From Centroscyllium fabricii (taxonomy: Eukaryota): a DNA stretch of 64,000 nt. Position numbers and translations under genes: made by a program. Numbering within the stretch: the first letter of the stretch is position 1; every line of letters starts with the position of its first letter. The notes under the pieces are model-generated. The model was not told the origin of the DNA. It did not search any database and saw nothing but the letters and a program-made list of their open reading frames with translations. The DNA is taken from positions 568,602,001-568,666,000 of the forward strand of contig JBNRSN020000002.1 in NCBI GenBank assembly GCA_051313645.2, written 5' to 3'. Shown piece by piece: positions 1-12,515 of the stretch.

Positions 1-258
1 TTTCTGCAAGTGTAGCTTCGTACGATGCATTTGTAAACTGCACAGGCTCGTCCAGCTCATTCAACAAGGTGATGTAGACGGTGCAGAACCCCCTGTTGTA
101 AGGTGGGGCCTGGTCCGTGGCAGAGATATTCATGAGATAGCTGGTCCTGGTCTCGTAATCAAGGTAGTTCACTGTAGTGATCAGGCCTGTACTCTCATCA
201 ATGGCAAACTTCCTCTCTGATCCAGTCAAGATTGTGTAGGCTACCATGCCTCCATTCC
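1..258 (-). CDS. CDH23: Cadherin-23 coding exon (EC12 and start of EC13), runs off the window start
   Basis: Acceptor ttcccAG at 260-259. Translates (G)NGGMVAYTILTGSERKFAIDESTGLITTVNYLDYETRTSYLMNISATDQAPPYNRGFCTVYITLLNELDEPVQFTNASYEATLAE, which matches recalled human CDH23 GGLVNYRILSGAEGKFEIDESTGLIITVNYLDYETKTSYMMNVSATDQAPPFNQGFCSVYITLLNELDEAVQF. Phase is compatible with the upstream exon. Confidence 0.95.
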
Positions 259-296
259 CTGGGAAATAATTACAAAACATTAAAACACTGCACCAT

Positions 297-585
297 TGAT
301 GTATCGTCAATCAAACACGAAAGATGAGTAGTTACCCAAACTACAGGCTTTTATTCACTTACAAGGGAGCTAGTCTCCTGTCGAGTTCAAGGCGAGAATG
401 AGCAGGGGCAGGGCGGCCCTCACCTATAAGCTCCCACCTGAGGGGAGGAGTTAGAGGTGTGGCTGACCTGGCCTTGCACACAATGTACAGAGTTGGAGGT
501 GAACACATCCATATATATACACACAATGTACAGAGCTGAAGGTGAACACATCCATATAGATACACTGGTAATTACGGTTACCACA
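297..585 (-). mobile_element. Solo LTR, Gypsy family related to the element at 55331-60255
   Basis: TG...CA termini and 5-bp TSD ACCAT (292-296/586-590). Shares the core ccaggtcagccacacctctaactcctcccc and the end attgacgatac(a/g)tca with the full-length LTR. Confidence 0.9.
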
Positions 586-607
586 ACCATGTAACTTCAG
601 TGTCCAC

Positions 608-1045
608 CGTGGTTCAGTGGGTAGCACCCTCGCCTCAGAAGGTTGTGGGTTCAAATCCCACTCCAGGGACTTGAGCACAAAAATCCAGGCTGACACTCCA
701 GTGCAGTGCTGAGGGAGTGCTGCACTGCCGGAGGTGCCGCCTTTCAGATGAGACGTTAAACCGAGGCCCCGTCTGCTCTCTCGGGTGGATGTAAAAGATC
801 CCATTGCACTATTGCGAAGAAGAGCAGGGGAGTTCTCCCCGGTGTCCTGGACAATATCCCTCAATCACTAAATCTGATGATCTGGTCATTATCACATTGC
901 TTTCTGTGGGAGCTTGCTGTGCGTAAATTGGCCGCCACGTTTCCTACATTACAACAGCGACTGCACTCCAAAAAGTACTTCATTGGCTGTGAAGCGCTTT
1001 GGGATGTCCTGAAGTTGTGGAAGGCGCTGTATAATTGCAAATTTG
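608..1045 (+). mobile_element. SacSINE1/DeuSINE-like tRNA-derived SINE
   Basis: Box A/B-like head (ggttcagtgggtagc...ggttcaaatccc), Deu-like core (gatgagacgttaaaccgaggcccc) and L2-like tail. Several copies in the window. Confidence 0.8.
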
Positions 1046-1229
1046 TTCGTTCTTCACCGACAAGTATTCTAAATAAGACAACTGTCAAATTTGGATCAAT
1101 AATACATTCAATCCCGCGAGGTCCTCACTGGTCACGGAAAGCTTCCAGCGAGCCAATGGCCCTGGTGTGTTCAAAATTCATGGTCGCCTGCATGTGCACT
1201 AGATGTCTAAACATGGGCAAGCACTCAAA

Positions 1230-1705
1230 GACACTCTCCTCCTCTCTCCTCCTTCAAGACCCTCCTTAAAACCAACCTCTTTGTCCGAGCATTTGGTCAC
1301 CTGCCTGACGTATTGTCAATCAAACACGAAAGACGAGTAGTTACCCAAACTACAGGCTTTTATTCACTTACAATGGAGCTAGTCTCCTGTCGAGTTCAAG
1401 GCGAGAATGAGCGGGGGCAGGGCGGCCCTCACCTATAAGCTCCCACCTGAGGGGAGGAGTTAGAGGTGTGGCTGACCTGGCCTTGCACATAATGTACCGA
1501 GTTGAAGGTGAACACATCCATATATATACACACAATGTACAGAGCTGAAGGTGAACACATCCATATATATACACTGGTAATTACGTTTACCACACTGCCC
1601 TAACTGTGTGGCTCGGTGTCAAATGATGTTTGATAATCGCTCCTGTGAAGCGTCTCGGGACGTTTTACTACATTAAAGGCGCTATATAAATGCAAGCTGT
1701 TGTTG
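1230..1705 (+). mobile_element. L2-type LINE 3' fragment interrupted by a solo LTR
   Basis: ccttcaagaccctccttaaaacc...ctcctgtgaagcg...aaaggcgctatataaatgcaag tail, shared with the DeuSINE copies. Confidence 0.65.
1306..1594 (-). mobile_element. Solo LTR (same subfamily as 297-585)
   Basis: Near-identical 289-bp copy with a different 5-bp TSD, CTGCC (1301-1305/1595-1599). Confidence 0.9.
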
Positions 1706-2179
1706 CTGCTGCTGACAATCCCAACCTGCTCCCTCACATCCTGGATTTTTGCATGGCTGATTTAACCAGGAGTGGATCCACCAGGAGACTATCCAACCTG
1801 CGTACCCTGCATCCCAGGTGGCCAAAGACAAACACCGTTTGGGCAAGGTGCAACCAGCCTTTAAAAAAACAGCCCCTTCAAATAGCGAGACATGAGGCTG
1901 CAATCTCCGGCTCTGAAAATCCATGTGAAAGTCGGCTTCAGCAAACATCAGTTTGAGTCCAGAAGCTGGAGTTATTCCCTCAACAACTGGTATCTCACAC
2001 CGCACCAACTGGCCAACCATACTGCTCCTGGCATAACATAGTGTAAGGTGGCGTGCTTGTTGGCTAGCCAAGGCTTGAGTGAACTTGCATTTCATCGGCG
2101 TTTCAAAACCTGAGTAAAGTTATTCCTCTTCATTCAACCTTAGATTGAAAGAATCCCCAGTTTGGAGGCCGAGCCTTAC

Positions 2180-2315
2180 CCGTGTCTCCGTCGGTTGCTC
2201 GGACTACTATGACGGATGTGCCGATCCCTGCCGTTTCCCGTAGCCCAAGCCGGTTATACTGCTGTTGGGTAAATACCGGCGTTTCATCGTTCACATCCTC
2301 CACGTCTACAATCAC
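2180..2315 (-). CDS. CDH23: Cadherin-23 coding exon (136 nt; EC11-EC12 linker)
   Basis: tctAG|GTG...ACGG|GTAAG. Encodes VIVDVEDVNDETPVFTQQQYNRLGLRETAGIGTSVIVVRATDGDTG with DxND and DxD cadherin motifs. Confidence 0.95.
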
Positions 2316-2907
2316 CTAGACAAGAAAAGGTCAAGTCAAGGGCATGAAAACGCAAGAAGAGCAAACGGCCGAATTATCAAGAATCGGTTCATTCTTAAAA
2401 AGTCGCACCACAGCCAAGGCAAGGAGTAAAGTTAATAATGATATTATATCACTTTTACCCCATAAACACGTCTTTCACCCTTTTGAATTTGCTGATATTA
2501 TCCCCCTCTACCATCTCCCTGGGCGATCTGCTCCACACATTCACACCCTTCGCGCAAAGTGGTTGGATCAAATCTGTCCCATCAACTTCCCTTACGCTGA
2601 ATTTAGCTCGACCAAAAAGCCCACCTACGTCACTGCCTCTACGACAAGTAAGCCAGATTTAGCAGTGCAAACACTCTGACCTGGCTCGCGGGGGATCTGG
2701 GTTAGACCGCACCAGTACACACCAGCTTACGTCACCACGGGTGGTACAAGCTAGAAGCCGTGGCGGTCCAAAGAGACTTTGGGGGGTCCAGGTACACAGA
2801 TCATTAAAATGTCATGGACAGGTACAGAAAATAATCAAAAAGGCTAATGGAATGCGGGCCTTTATATACAGACACTGCAAATACAAGGGGGTAGAAGTTG
2901 TGATGCA

Positions 2908-3112
2908 GCACCCAAAGACAGACAGGTTAGGTGAATTGGAGATACTAAAATTGCCCATGGGTATGTGTGTGAGATATAGTTCTTAGAGTTGGGGGTGTCG
3001 GGGGATATGGGGAGAGGGGAGAGGGTAGGAGGGGGGTGCTGTGTTTGGATGATCAGCCATGATCTCATCAAAAATGGTGGAGCCGGCTCGAAGGGCCGAA
3101 TGGCCTACTCCT
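2908..3112 (+). mobile_element. 5'-truncated V-SINE variant (HE1-related) with CR1 tail
   Basis: Matches the 3' part of the element at 16897-17235. Confidence 0.7.
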
Positions 3113-3723
3113 GTGATAAACTTTGGTATATTCTAGATTGCTTTACTATAGTTTGACATGGGTTAAAGGTTTGGTAGCAAAGAGGTAAAAAGTATAGCGA
3201 CAGACTGTCCAGAGATCTTGTTCTCATAACAAGCTGCATCTGCAAAGATAAGGAGGAATCAACACAAAGATGTTGACATTTAATTGGGTTTGTACTGTCT
3301 CTATATTTTTTTTCATTGGTTGTTTTCGTTTTTCAGAATTATTCGCTGAGCATGTACGTTTAATCTTTTTGCAAGGTCTTTTTTGTATTGTATAAATAAT
3401 TGCAGTCTCAGAGCGAGAGGCGCACTTCTGGGTTGCTATGCTTGTGTGCAAACACAAGGGGTCTCTCAGAGTGAAGTACCGGTACTGGGTAATAAACTTT
3501 AATTATTTTACAGTCTCTGACTTTGTGTATTACTGAGAAAGTGACAGACTGACCGACGTGTTTAGTCTCCTAAAGTAAGAACACAGACCCCCAGGAGGGT
3601 GTGTCCTCCTCACAGAGTGAGTGAGTTAACACCTGCTCATATCTTCTGCGTTTCTGTGCAGCTGTACAAAACCCTGGTTAGAACTGGTCAGTTCTGGGCA
3701 CCACACCTTAGGAAAGATATATT

Positions 3724-4550
3724 GGGACAGAAATTCCGATGCCTAAAAGCAGATGCCCACGAAAAATGCCCACGGATCCGAGATGCCCACGGATCCGAGA
3801 TTTCCGATGCTGAGGGAGAAGGGCCCTCAGCATCAAACGCACGAGTGAGTTGCACCCAGAAATTGGGCTCCAAAAGGGTGCTTTTTTTTCTGTGATTCTG
3901 TGGGCAACGGAGCCCTCAGATGCACATGAAAAAAGCTGGAGTAACTCGTGGGTGAGGTAGAGAGAAACGTTCTTAAACAAGGTAAGTTACTTTTTTACCT
4001 TTAATTTTAAGTTTTAACAGTTTTGGGGAGTAATGTGGCCAGATCGGTAGCGTTAAATTTTTAAGTTAAAGTTTTTCTTAAAAATTTACAAATCCGATTT
4101 TAAGTTAATTTACCTGTTTCAAATCGCTAATTTATAAAGTTAAATTTCTGAAATTTTTAACTACCTAGCTATAATAAAAAATCTAAGAGAAAAAATGGCA
4201 GAGACTTACCTAGCGTTTCTTCCTCTGAGAAGCTGCTGTGCCCGCGCTGCTCCCCGCCGAGTCTGTGAGTGCAGCTCCGCACGTCCCTGCTCTCACAAAG
4301 GTCCGACTCGGGATCTGTGCGCATTTTTAAATTTAAATTAGGGATCGGGGGCGTCTTTTATTTATATTTTGGGATCTGTGGGCGGGGCATACACTGCGCA
4401 CCTAGCGTGGCTGGACTGCCACGTTGCGCACGAAGGGGGCGGAGCCGATCGGAAATTCAGAGCGTAAAAAAAGTCCGATGTTGGTGGGCTTCTTAAGTGC
4501 TCTGCATGGTCCTAGTTGCCCTCCAACCGGCAAACCCTAATTTCTGGCCC
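3724..4550. mobile_element. Harbinger/PIF-like MITE inserted in an old CR1
   Basis: Termini GGGACAGAAATT / AATTTCTGGCCC and 3-bp TSD ATT. CR1 sequence is continuous across the insertion. Confidence 0.7.
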
Positions 4551-4937
4551 ATTGGCCTTGCAGCATAGAACGATACCGAGACACAAAGTGTTAATTTACG
4601 AGGCGAGATTACACAAACTAGGGTTGCATTTCCCTGGAATGTAAAAGGTTAAGGGGTGATTTGATCGAAGCTTTCAGGATATTACGGGGAACTGATAGCG
4701 TAGATAGAGAGAAACTATTTCCGCTGGTTGGGGATTCTCCGATTTGAGGGACATCGTCTAAAAATTAGAGCCAGGCCTTTCAGGAGTCAAGTTCGGAAAC
4801 ACATCTACACACAAAGGGCGGCAGACGTTTGGAGCTCTCTTCCGCAAATTCCAGTTGATACAAGATCAATTTTAAACCTGAGATTGATAGATTTTTGTGA
4901 ACCAAAGGTATTAAGGGATATGGTGCAAAGGCGGGTA

Positions 4938-6932
4938 CAGGTTGTGCACCGAAAATCCGTGACCCGAAACGCCGGCAGCTTCAGTCTGCCGGAACAAATT
5001 GCCCCGACTGCACTGCGCATGCGCAAGATGGCAGCCGCGATCGCGGCTTCGGCGAAATGCTCGAGTCCATCATCAAGGATGTAATCTCGGAGCATTTGAC
5101 AAGTAGGGATGAGATCGGACAGAGTCAACATGGGTTTACAAAAGGTAAATCATGTTTAACTAATCTATTGGAATTCTTTGAGGAAGTAACTCGGAAAATA
5201 GATGGCGGAGAGCCAGTAGATGTGGTGTACCTTGACTTCCAGAAAGCTTTCGATAAGGTTAGCATGTAAAATTAAGGCTCATGGGATTGGGGGCAAAGTT
5301 TTGATGTGGATAGAGAACTGGTTGGCAGACAGAAAACAGAGAGTTGGAATTAACGGCTCGTTTTCTGAGTGGCAGTCGGTGACTAGTGGAGTACCGCAGG
5401 GGTCTGTCCTGGGACCTCAGCTGTTTACAATATATATTAATGATCTGGATCAGGGAATTGAATGTAATATCTCCAAATTCGCGGACGACACCAAACTAGG
5501 AGGGGGGGCAGGCTCTGAAGAGGGTGTCAGGAAGTTACAGGGCGATTTGGATAAGTTGGGGGACTGGGCAGATAGATGGCAGATGCACTATAATGTGGAT
5601 AAATGTGAGGTTATCCACTTTGGGGGCAAAAACAGGAGGGTAGATTACTACTTAAATGGCAATAGATTGGGAGATGGGGAGGTGCAGAGAGACCTGGGTG
5701 TTCTTGTGCACCAGTCGCTGAAGGCGAGCACGCAGGTGCAGCAGGCGGTTAGGAAGGCAAATGGTATGTTGGCCTTCATATCAAGAGGGTTCGAGTATAG
5801 GAATAAGGATACCTTACTGCAGCTGTACAAGGCACTGGTGAGACCACACCTCGAGTATTGTGTACAGTTTTGGTCGCCTCGCCTGAGGAAGGATGTTCTT
5901 GCCATGGAGGGAGTGCAGCGGCGTTTCACCAGGCTGATTCCTGGAATGGCAGGAATGACCTACGAGGAGAGATTGTGTAGACTGGGCTTGTACTCGTTAG
6001 AGTTTAGAAGATTGAGAGGCGATCTCATTGAGACGTATAAAATTCTGAAAGGTCTGGACAGGTTAGATTCAGAAAGAATGTTTCCAATGGCGGGGGAGTC
6101 CAGAACCAGGGGCCACAGTCTAAGGATAAGGGGTAAACCATTTAGGACAGACATGAGGAAGAATTTCTTCACTCAGAGAGTGGTGGGCCTGTGGAATTCC
6201 TTGCCACAGAGGGCGGTGGAGGCCAGTTCATTAAACATATTCAAGAGGGAATTAGATATATTTCTTCAAGCTAAAGGGATTAAAGGTTACGGAGAAAAGG
6301 CGGGGACGGGGTACTAGCTTGCTAAAGATCAGCCATGATCTCATTGAATGGCGGAGCAGGCTCGAAGGGCTGAATAGCCTACTCCTGCTCCTATCTTCTA
6401 TGATTCTATGATTCTATGCGCCGCCGAACGCCGAGCGCATGCGCAGATCATTCAAAACGGCCGCCGGACGAGCCGGGCCTTCCGTGGTGTCAGGGCGCGG
6501 CAGCTCGACTACCATCCCTGAAACCCTTAAACGAAGGGGAGCGGAGGTGAAGATGCACAAATGCCCACAGTCAAAGGAACCGACAGTTAAGGGACAGAAG
6601 TGGGTGGTTATGGGGTTGGTGGAGATTACCGAGATAGGGAGGGGTGAGCTCGTGAAGAGATTTAAACACGGAGGTTAGAATTTTAAGTGTGAGCATTGGG
6701 GAACTTGGTGCCAATGCAGGTCAGCGATGGACAAACAAGGATGCAAACAGCAGAGTTATGGATGAGATGATCTAATATTTTGAATGTTCGGCGGCCATTT
6801 CCAATGTGCGCATGCGCGCGGCCATTTTGAATGGTGCGCGCATGCGCACTGACCGACTTCATTCTGCCGGTTTTTTCACTTTCCCGGCACGGGCCTGGTC
6901 CCGCCCGTGCCGGATTTCCGGTGCTCAACCTG
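4938..6932. mobile_element. Tigger/pogo-like non-autonomous DNA transposon containing CR1 and L2 pieces
   Basis: TIRs CAGGTTGTGCACCG / CGGTGCTCAACCTG with TA TSD. Sits inside an older CR1 3' end (about 4551-7025). Confidence 0.75.
5057..6417 (+). mobile_element. CR1 (HER1-type) LINE, 5'-truncated, ORF2 RT region (ORF 5220-6317)
   Basis: QHGF, YLDFQKAFDKV, GVPQGSVLGP and KFADDTKL motifs. A small deletion/frameshift near 5260. 3' hairpin and (ATTCTATG)n tail. Confidence 0.95.
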
Positions 6933-7042
6933 TATATGGAGTTAGGTCACAGATCAGGCATGATCTCATTGAATGGCGGAACAGGCTCAAGGGGCTGAAT
7001 GGCCTAATGCCGTTCCTACATTCCAAAGTGATGACTATAAAT

Positions 7043-7444
7043 CAGTGGTCCCCAACCGCAGATCATTCGGCGACGGTCCGCGGAAGGGTCTGTGAATCGG
7101 CGCATGCGCAGATCATTCGCCGACGGTCCGCGGAAGGGTCTGTGAATCGGCGCATGCGCAGATCATTCGCCGACGGAAGACGTTTAACGAGGCACAGACG
7201 GAAGACAGCACCCCCGCCGGTCAGTGAAAAAAACTCCGCCAGCACCGCCGCCCCCCCCCCTCCGGTCAGTCAAAAAAACACCGCCAGCACCCCCCCGCCC
7301 CCCCTGTCAGTCAAAAAACTCCGGCAGCACCCCCCCCCGCCCCGGTCAGTCGAAAAACTCTGCCAGCACCCCCACCCCACCGGTCCGTGAAAAAATTGAC
7401 AAGCCCAAAATGGGCCGCGGTCCAAAAAAGGTTGGGGACCCCTG
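7043..7444. mobile_element. hAT (Charlie-like) MITE
   Basis: TIRs CAGTGGTCCCCAACC / GGTTGGGGACCCCTG and perfect 8-bp TSD CTATAAAT. Internal short tandem repeats. Confidence 0.9.
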
Positions 7445-7571
7445 CTATAAATGATCGTAACCCTGTCCTAGGGCTACACCGATGGAAACACAGAGTAAAG
7501 ACCCACAGCATTTCATTGAGATCATTTGATGACAGCGCGAGTCTGCATGCGGACCGAAGGTTTGCTCTTAC

Positions 7572-7720
7572 TCTGACCGAGCTCCTCATCCTTCCAAAGT
7601 CATTATTGAAGGCCTCCACCTCCAACACGTGGGTAGTGCTGCTCTCCCTGTCCAAGGGGCGGGAACCTCTGGAGATGACTCCAGTAGCTTGGTCCATCTG
7701 GAAGTTATTATTGGGATTTC
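7572..7720 (-). CDS. CDH23: Cadherin-23 coding exon (149 nt; EC11)
   Basis: ttttccAG|GAAAT...GTCAGA|GTAAG. Encodes (G)NPNNNFQMDQATGVISRGSRPLDRESSTTHVLEVEAFNNDFGRMRSSVR with an LDRE motif. In frame with both neighbours. Confidence 0.95.
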
Positions 7721-7965
7721 CTGGAAAAAACAAAGCCAGTTGAGTGGATAGTGCTATCAGTGACTAACTTTCCTTAAACTATTAAGACTTCCTGTGAATT
7801 CATTAGACAGGATGTAACATTTTCAAGGATACAGTCTGCGCCAGCTCCACAGATTCGTGAAATCACAGCAATTCTCGGAAGAGTCCTTTGCTGCTGAGCA
7901 AAGCCTTTACCTGTCAGTCATCTCTCGGGAAAATAGAGCAGCAACTCATGCCTACTGCAGAAGAA

Positions 7966-8356
7966 ATAGAAACATAGAAACTAGGAGCAGGAGTAGGCCA
8001 TTCGGCCCTTCGAGCCTGCTCCGCCATTCAATGAGATCATGGCTGATCATCCAATCCCAGTACCCCCCCGCCCCTGCCCTCTCCCAATATCCCTAACGAG
8101 CCTGCACCGACACATATCCCACCCTATCCCCACATAGTCAAACCCCCCTAACACTAAGGGTCAATTTATCCTGGCCAGTCAACCTAACCCGCACATCTTT
8201 GGACTGTGGGAGGAAACCGGAGCACCCGGAGGAAACCCACGCAGACACGGGGAGAATGTGCAAACTCCACACAGATAGTCACCCGAGGCCGGATTTGAAC
8301 CCGGGTCTCTGGTGCTGTGAGGCAACAGTGCTAACCACTGTGCCACCGTGCCGCCC
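7966..8356 (-). mobile_element. HE1-type V-SINE
   Basis: tRNA-like head GGGCGGCACGGTGGCACAGTGGTTAGC, V-core GTGGAGTTTGCACATTCTCCCCGTG and CR1-shared tail. Confidence 0.9.
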
Positions 8357-8885
8357 AATGTTCCAATATCTTTTTTTTTCGCTTCTGTTTCAAGCATTAC
8401 ATACAATTTGCGACTGAAGTCACTTCGCAGTGCACACCTCTGAAGCAGTATTACAGAACCGAAGGAGGATGCCATTTGGCCCATCACATCCATGCTGGCT
8501 CTCTGTTAGAGAAACTCGAGACGAGTCCCACTGCCCCGCTCTCTCCCCACAGCCCGGTATCTTCCTCTGCTTGAAATAGTTATCCAAACTTCCCTGAAAA
8601 GATGCAATGGTCTCTGCCTCAACTACACCCCGAGGCAAAGCCTCCTACGTTCCAATATCCCTCTGAGGAGGGAAACTCCAGTACCAAAGGCGACTGGGGG
8701 AAGACAGGACAAAGATAGGCTACCAGGGTGGGCAGATAGGTTGCAGATGCAGTTCAATGCAAAAATAAACGTGAGGGTGCACATTTCTGGAAGGAAGAGT
8801 GGAAAGAGGAAGTGCACCTTAAATGGTAAGATTAGAACGGAGGAACAGAGAGAGCGTGGTGTGCAGGTCTTTAAAGGCGGCAGCA

Positions 8886-9702
8886 AACATAGAAACATAG
8901 AAGATAGGAGCAGGAGTAGGCCATTCGGCCCTTCGAGCCTGCTCCGCCATTCAATGAGATCATGGCTGATCATCCAAACTCAGTACCCTGTCCCTGCCTT
9001 CTCCCCATATCCCTCGATCCCTCTCGAGCCTACATCGACACATATCCCACCCTATCCCCGTAACCCCACATATTCAATCCCCCTAACACTAAGGGTCAAT
9101 TTATCCTGGCCAATCAACCTAACCCGCACCTCTTTGGACTGTGGGAGGAAACCGGAGCACCCGGAGGAAACCCACGCAGACACGGGGAGAATGTGCAAAC
9201 TCCACACAGATAGTACCCGAGGCCGGATTTGAACCCGGGTCTCCAGTGCTGTAAGGCAACAGTGCTAACCACTATGCCACCGTGCCACAAATACATGAGG
9301 TCATAAAAAGTGCAAAACATAGAAACTAGGAGCAGGAGTAGGTCATTCGGCCCCTCGAGCCTGCTCTGCCATTCAATGAGATCATGGCTGATCATCCAAA
9401 CCCAGCACCCTGCCCCTGCCCTCTCCCCATATCACTCGATCCCTATCAAGCCTACATCGACACCCTATCCCCGTAACCTCACATATTCAATCCCCCTAAC
9501 ACTAAGGGTCAATTTATCCTGGCCAATCAACCTAACCCGCACATCTTTGAACTGTGGAAGGAAACCGGAGCACCCGGAGGAAACCCACACAGACACGGGG
9601 TGAATGTGCAAACTCCACACAGATAGTACACAGGCTGGATTTGAACCCGGGTCTCCAGTGCTGTGAGACAACAGTGCTAACCACTATGTCACCGTGCCGC
9701 CC
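8886..9702 (-). mobile_element. Two adjacent HE1-type SINEs (8886-9286, 9315-9702)
   Basis: Two full copies of the same consensus, head to tail. Confidence 0.9.
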
Positions 9703-10335
9703 ACTTACTTTTCTAGCTGGAGGGTCAAAATACACAAATCACTGCCTAGGGCTAAATGGATCTCATGAATCAGCACGGACAATTTTGTAAGACATCTCTG
9801 CTCACCACAGTGAACTCCATCTTGTGTCACTGTGTGTGCAAAAACGACTTTACAGATAATTTAAATATTTACTTTTGTGCTTTAGAGAGGAATTTTCCAA
9901 CTATTTTAAATACTTCAACAACTTGCATTTATACAGCGATTTATCGTAGTAAAACGTCCCAAGGTGCTTGGCAGGAGCGATTATCAGACGAATCTGTTAT
10001 GGAGACACACGAGATATTATGGTAGGTGACCAAAATCTTGGTTAAAGAGGTAGGTTTTAAGGAAAGCTTAATGGAGAGCGAGGCGAAGGGGCAGAGAGGT
10101 TTAGGGAGGGAATGCCAGAGCTTAGTTAGGACCCAGACAGCTGAAGGCACAGCTGCCAATAGTGGGGCGAGGACAGTAGGCGATGAACAAATCAGAATTG
10201 GAGGAGCATTCTACTCCTGAGCTTCTCTCTACACAAACTCCAACGCGCCCAAAACTCCGCCTCATTCACTCTATTACACACCGGGTTCCACTCACCATCA
10301 CCCCTATTCTCGACGACTTCCATTAGATTCCATTA

Positions 10336-10735
10336 GGGCGGCACGGTGGCATAGTGGTTAGCACTGTTGCCTCACAGCGCCAGGGGCCCGGGTTCAAATC
10401 CGGCCTCGGGTACTATCTATGTGGAGTTTGCACATTCTCCCCGTGTCTGTGTGGGTTTCCTCCGGGTGCTCCGGTTTCCTCCCACAGTCCAAAGATGTGC
10501 AGGTTAGGTTGATTGGCCAGGATAAATTGACCCTTAGTGTTAGGGCGATTAAATATGTGGGGTTACGGGGATAGGGTGGGATATGTGTCGGTGCAGGCTC
10601 GATAGGGATCGAGGGATATGGGGACAAGGCAGGGACAGGGTGCTGGGTTTGGATGATCAGCCATAAGTTCATTGAATGGCGGAGCAGGCTCGAAGGGCCA
10701 AATGGCCTACTCCTGCTCCTATCTTCTATGTTTCT
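10336..10735 (+). mobile_element. HE1-type V-SINE inside an L2 fragment
   Basis: Full consensus. Flanks tagattcc/tagatccc resemble a TSD. Confidence 0.9.
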
Positions 10736-11124
10736 AAGTAGATCCCTGGCCCTCATCGTATTCAATTCAAAAATCCTCATCCTCATCGACAGATCCCTCC
10801 TCGGCTGCACAGCACCCTACCTCTGCAACCTTCTCCAGCCTTATGTCCCCTTCAAACTCTGGCTTCCTGTGCATTCTCGCACCCCATGGATCCAGCATTG
10901 GTGGGGCAGCCTAACCACCTTGGCCCTACATTTTGGAACCCCTTCCGAATCCTTGCAACTTCTCATCCTGCCTTTTTAAAGGCCTCCTCAAATCCCATCT
11001 TGTTGACCATGCTATTGGTTTTCCCAACTAACTCGCTTTCTATCGCTCGGTCTTCATTTCTGCCTCTGTGAAGCACCTTGTGCTATTAACCAGGTTAAAG
11101 GCTGACGCTCAAATAAACAACTAA

Positions 11125-11892
11125 GGGGGGAAAATTCGGTTGCTTGCGCCAACCGTTAGCGCCCTGAGAGGGCTGCTAATGGGGCGCAAGGCACTTAACG
11201 CCTGGGCTGGTGCCTCCCGCGATATTCAGTGGGGCGCTGGCGGGGGCAGTAACCGGTGGTGCCCCGTGGCGCCGCACTGGCACCGATGATGTCATCGCAG
11301 TGTGCTGCGCCCCCTCACGCCTCAGCCGCGAACTTCAGTCACGCCCGCTGCCGTACTGCCGGACGCTGTCACCGACAGGGTCAGGGAGGTGTACTTGCAG
11401 CCGGGAGAGTGATATTTAAAGGTGGGGGGGTGGGGGGGTGCTGGGCGGCCATTTTTCTTGCTGGCCGCCTGCCAGCACCTGCCCCCTCTGCCATCCCCGG
11501 CCTTCCCCGATGCCCCCCCGCGGAGTGCTGGCTGTGCTCCATGAGCCCGGCGCCTCCCTCGAGTGCCGAGCTCCTTTGGCGGCATTGCGAGCCCCGGCGG
11601 CCCAAAGGGGCTCCGGTCCGAGCCGCGCTAGGCCACTCCCCTTTAATCAGGGGAGGAAGGCCTGCAGTACCGCGGCGCGGCACTCTGCAGAGCGTGGCGC
11701 AGGGACCCACGTCGCCCAAAATTGAGTGGTAGCGCCCAAAGAACGAGGTGGGGTGCCTGCAGTAGCGCCCGATCTCCTACTTGGGGCGCTAAAACCCAAT
11801 TTCAGGAGGAGCGGCGCGAACTTTTTCGAGGCGCTAAAAGGAGCGCGAATCCGAGGTAAGCGCCCCAAAGGGGGTGCAACCCAATTTTTCCC
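11125..11892. mobile_element. GC-rich Harbinger-like MITE (family also at 23148-23872 and 39029-40025)
   Basis: TIRs GGGAAAATTCGGTTGC / GCAACCCAATTTTTCCC. Three homologous copies in the window. Confidence 0.75.
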
Positions 11893-12515
11893 AAGAATCC
11901 AACTCTGGAAAACGGTGCCCAGACTAACCAGCTGGGTGGAGGAAAGAGCTGCAGCAGTTTATTAAATCCTTTCTAACTCTTGTGACACAAAGATTTCAGC
12001 GGCCAAAACATGTATCCATTCTTTGAGACATGAAGCTAGAATTTACAACAACAATAAATAGCAGCTAATCGTTTCACCCATTCTATGACATTCCCCCGCT
12101 CCATATTATAATGGAGGGGTTCGGCCATTTATTTCTGTTAAATGCTGGGATACAGGAATGCCACAGGAATGTACTGAGCCTTCATCTGGAACGGCTGGAC
12201 AGGCCGGGCTTGTATCCGCTGGAGTTTAGAAGAGTGAGAGGCGACTGGATTGAAACATAGAAGATCCTGAGGGGTCTGGACAGGGTGGATGTGGAGAGGA
12301 TGGTTCCTCATGTGGGAGAATCTAGAACTTAGAAACATAGAAGATAGGAGCAGGAGTCGGCCATTCGGCCCCTGGAGCCATTCAATGCGATCATGGCTGA
12401 TCATCCAAACTCAGTACCTTGTCCCTGCCTTCTCTCCATATCCCTTGATCCCTTTAGCCTGAAGAAATATATCTAACTCCTTCTTGAATATATTTAATGA
12501 ATTATTATTATTAAT

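Noticed and set aside
740-830. Hammerhead in the DeuSINE core (CAGATGAG...CGAAG)
   Set aside because: The core is C(A/G)GATGA rather than CTGANGA, and there is no GAAA closing a stem II.
10336-10410. tRNA genes at SINE heads
   Set aside because: Only box A/B similarity. Each continues into a SINE body and is multi-copy.
11210-11965. GC-rich ORF cluster or CpG-island promoter
   Set aside because: Lies entirely within a TIR-bounded MITE present three times in the window.
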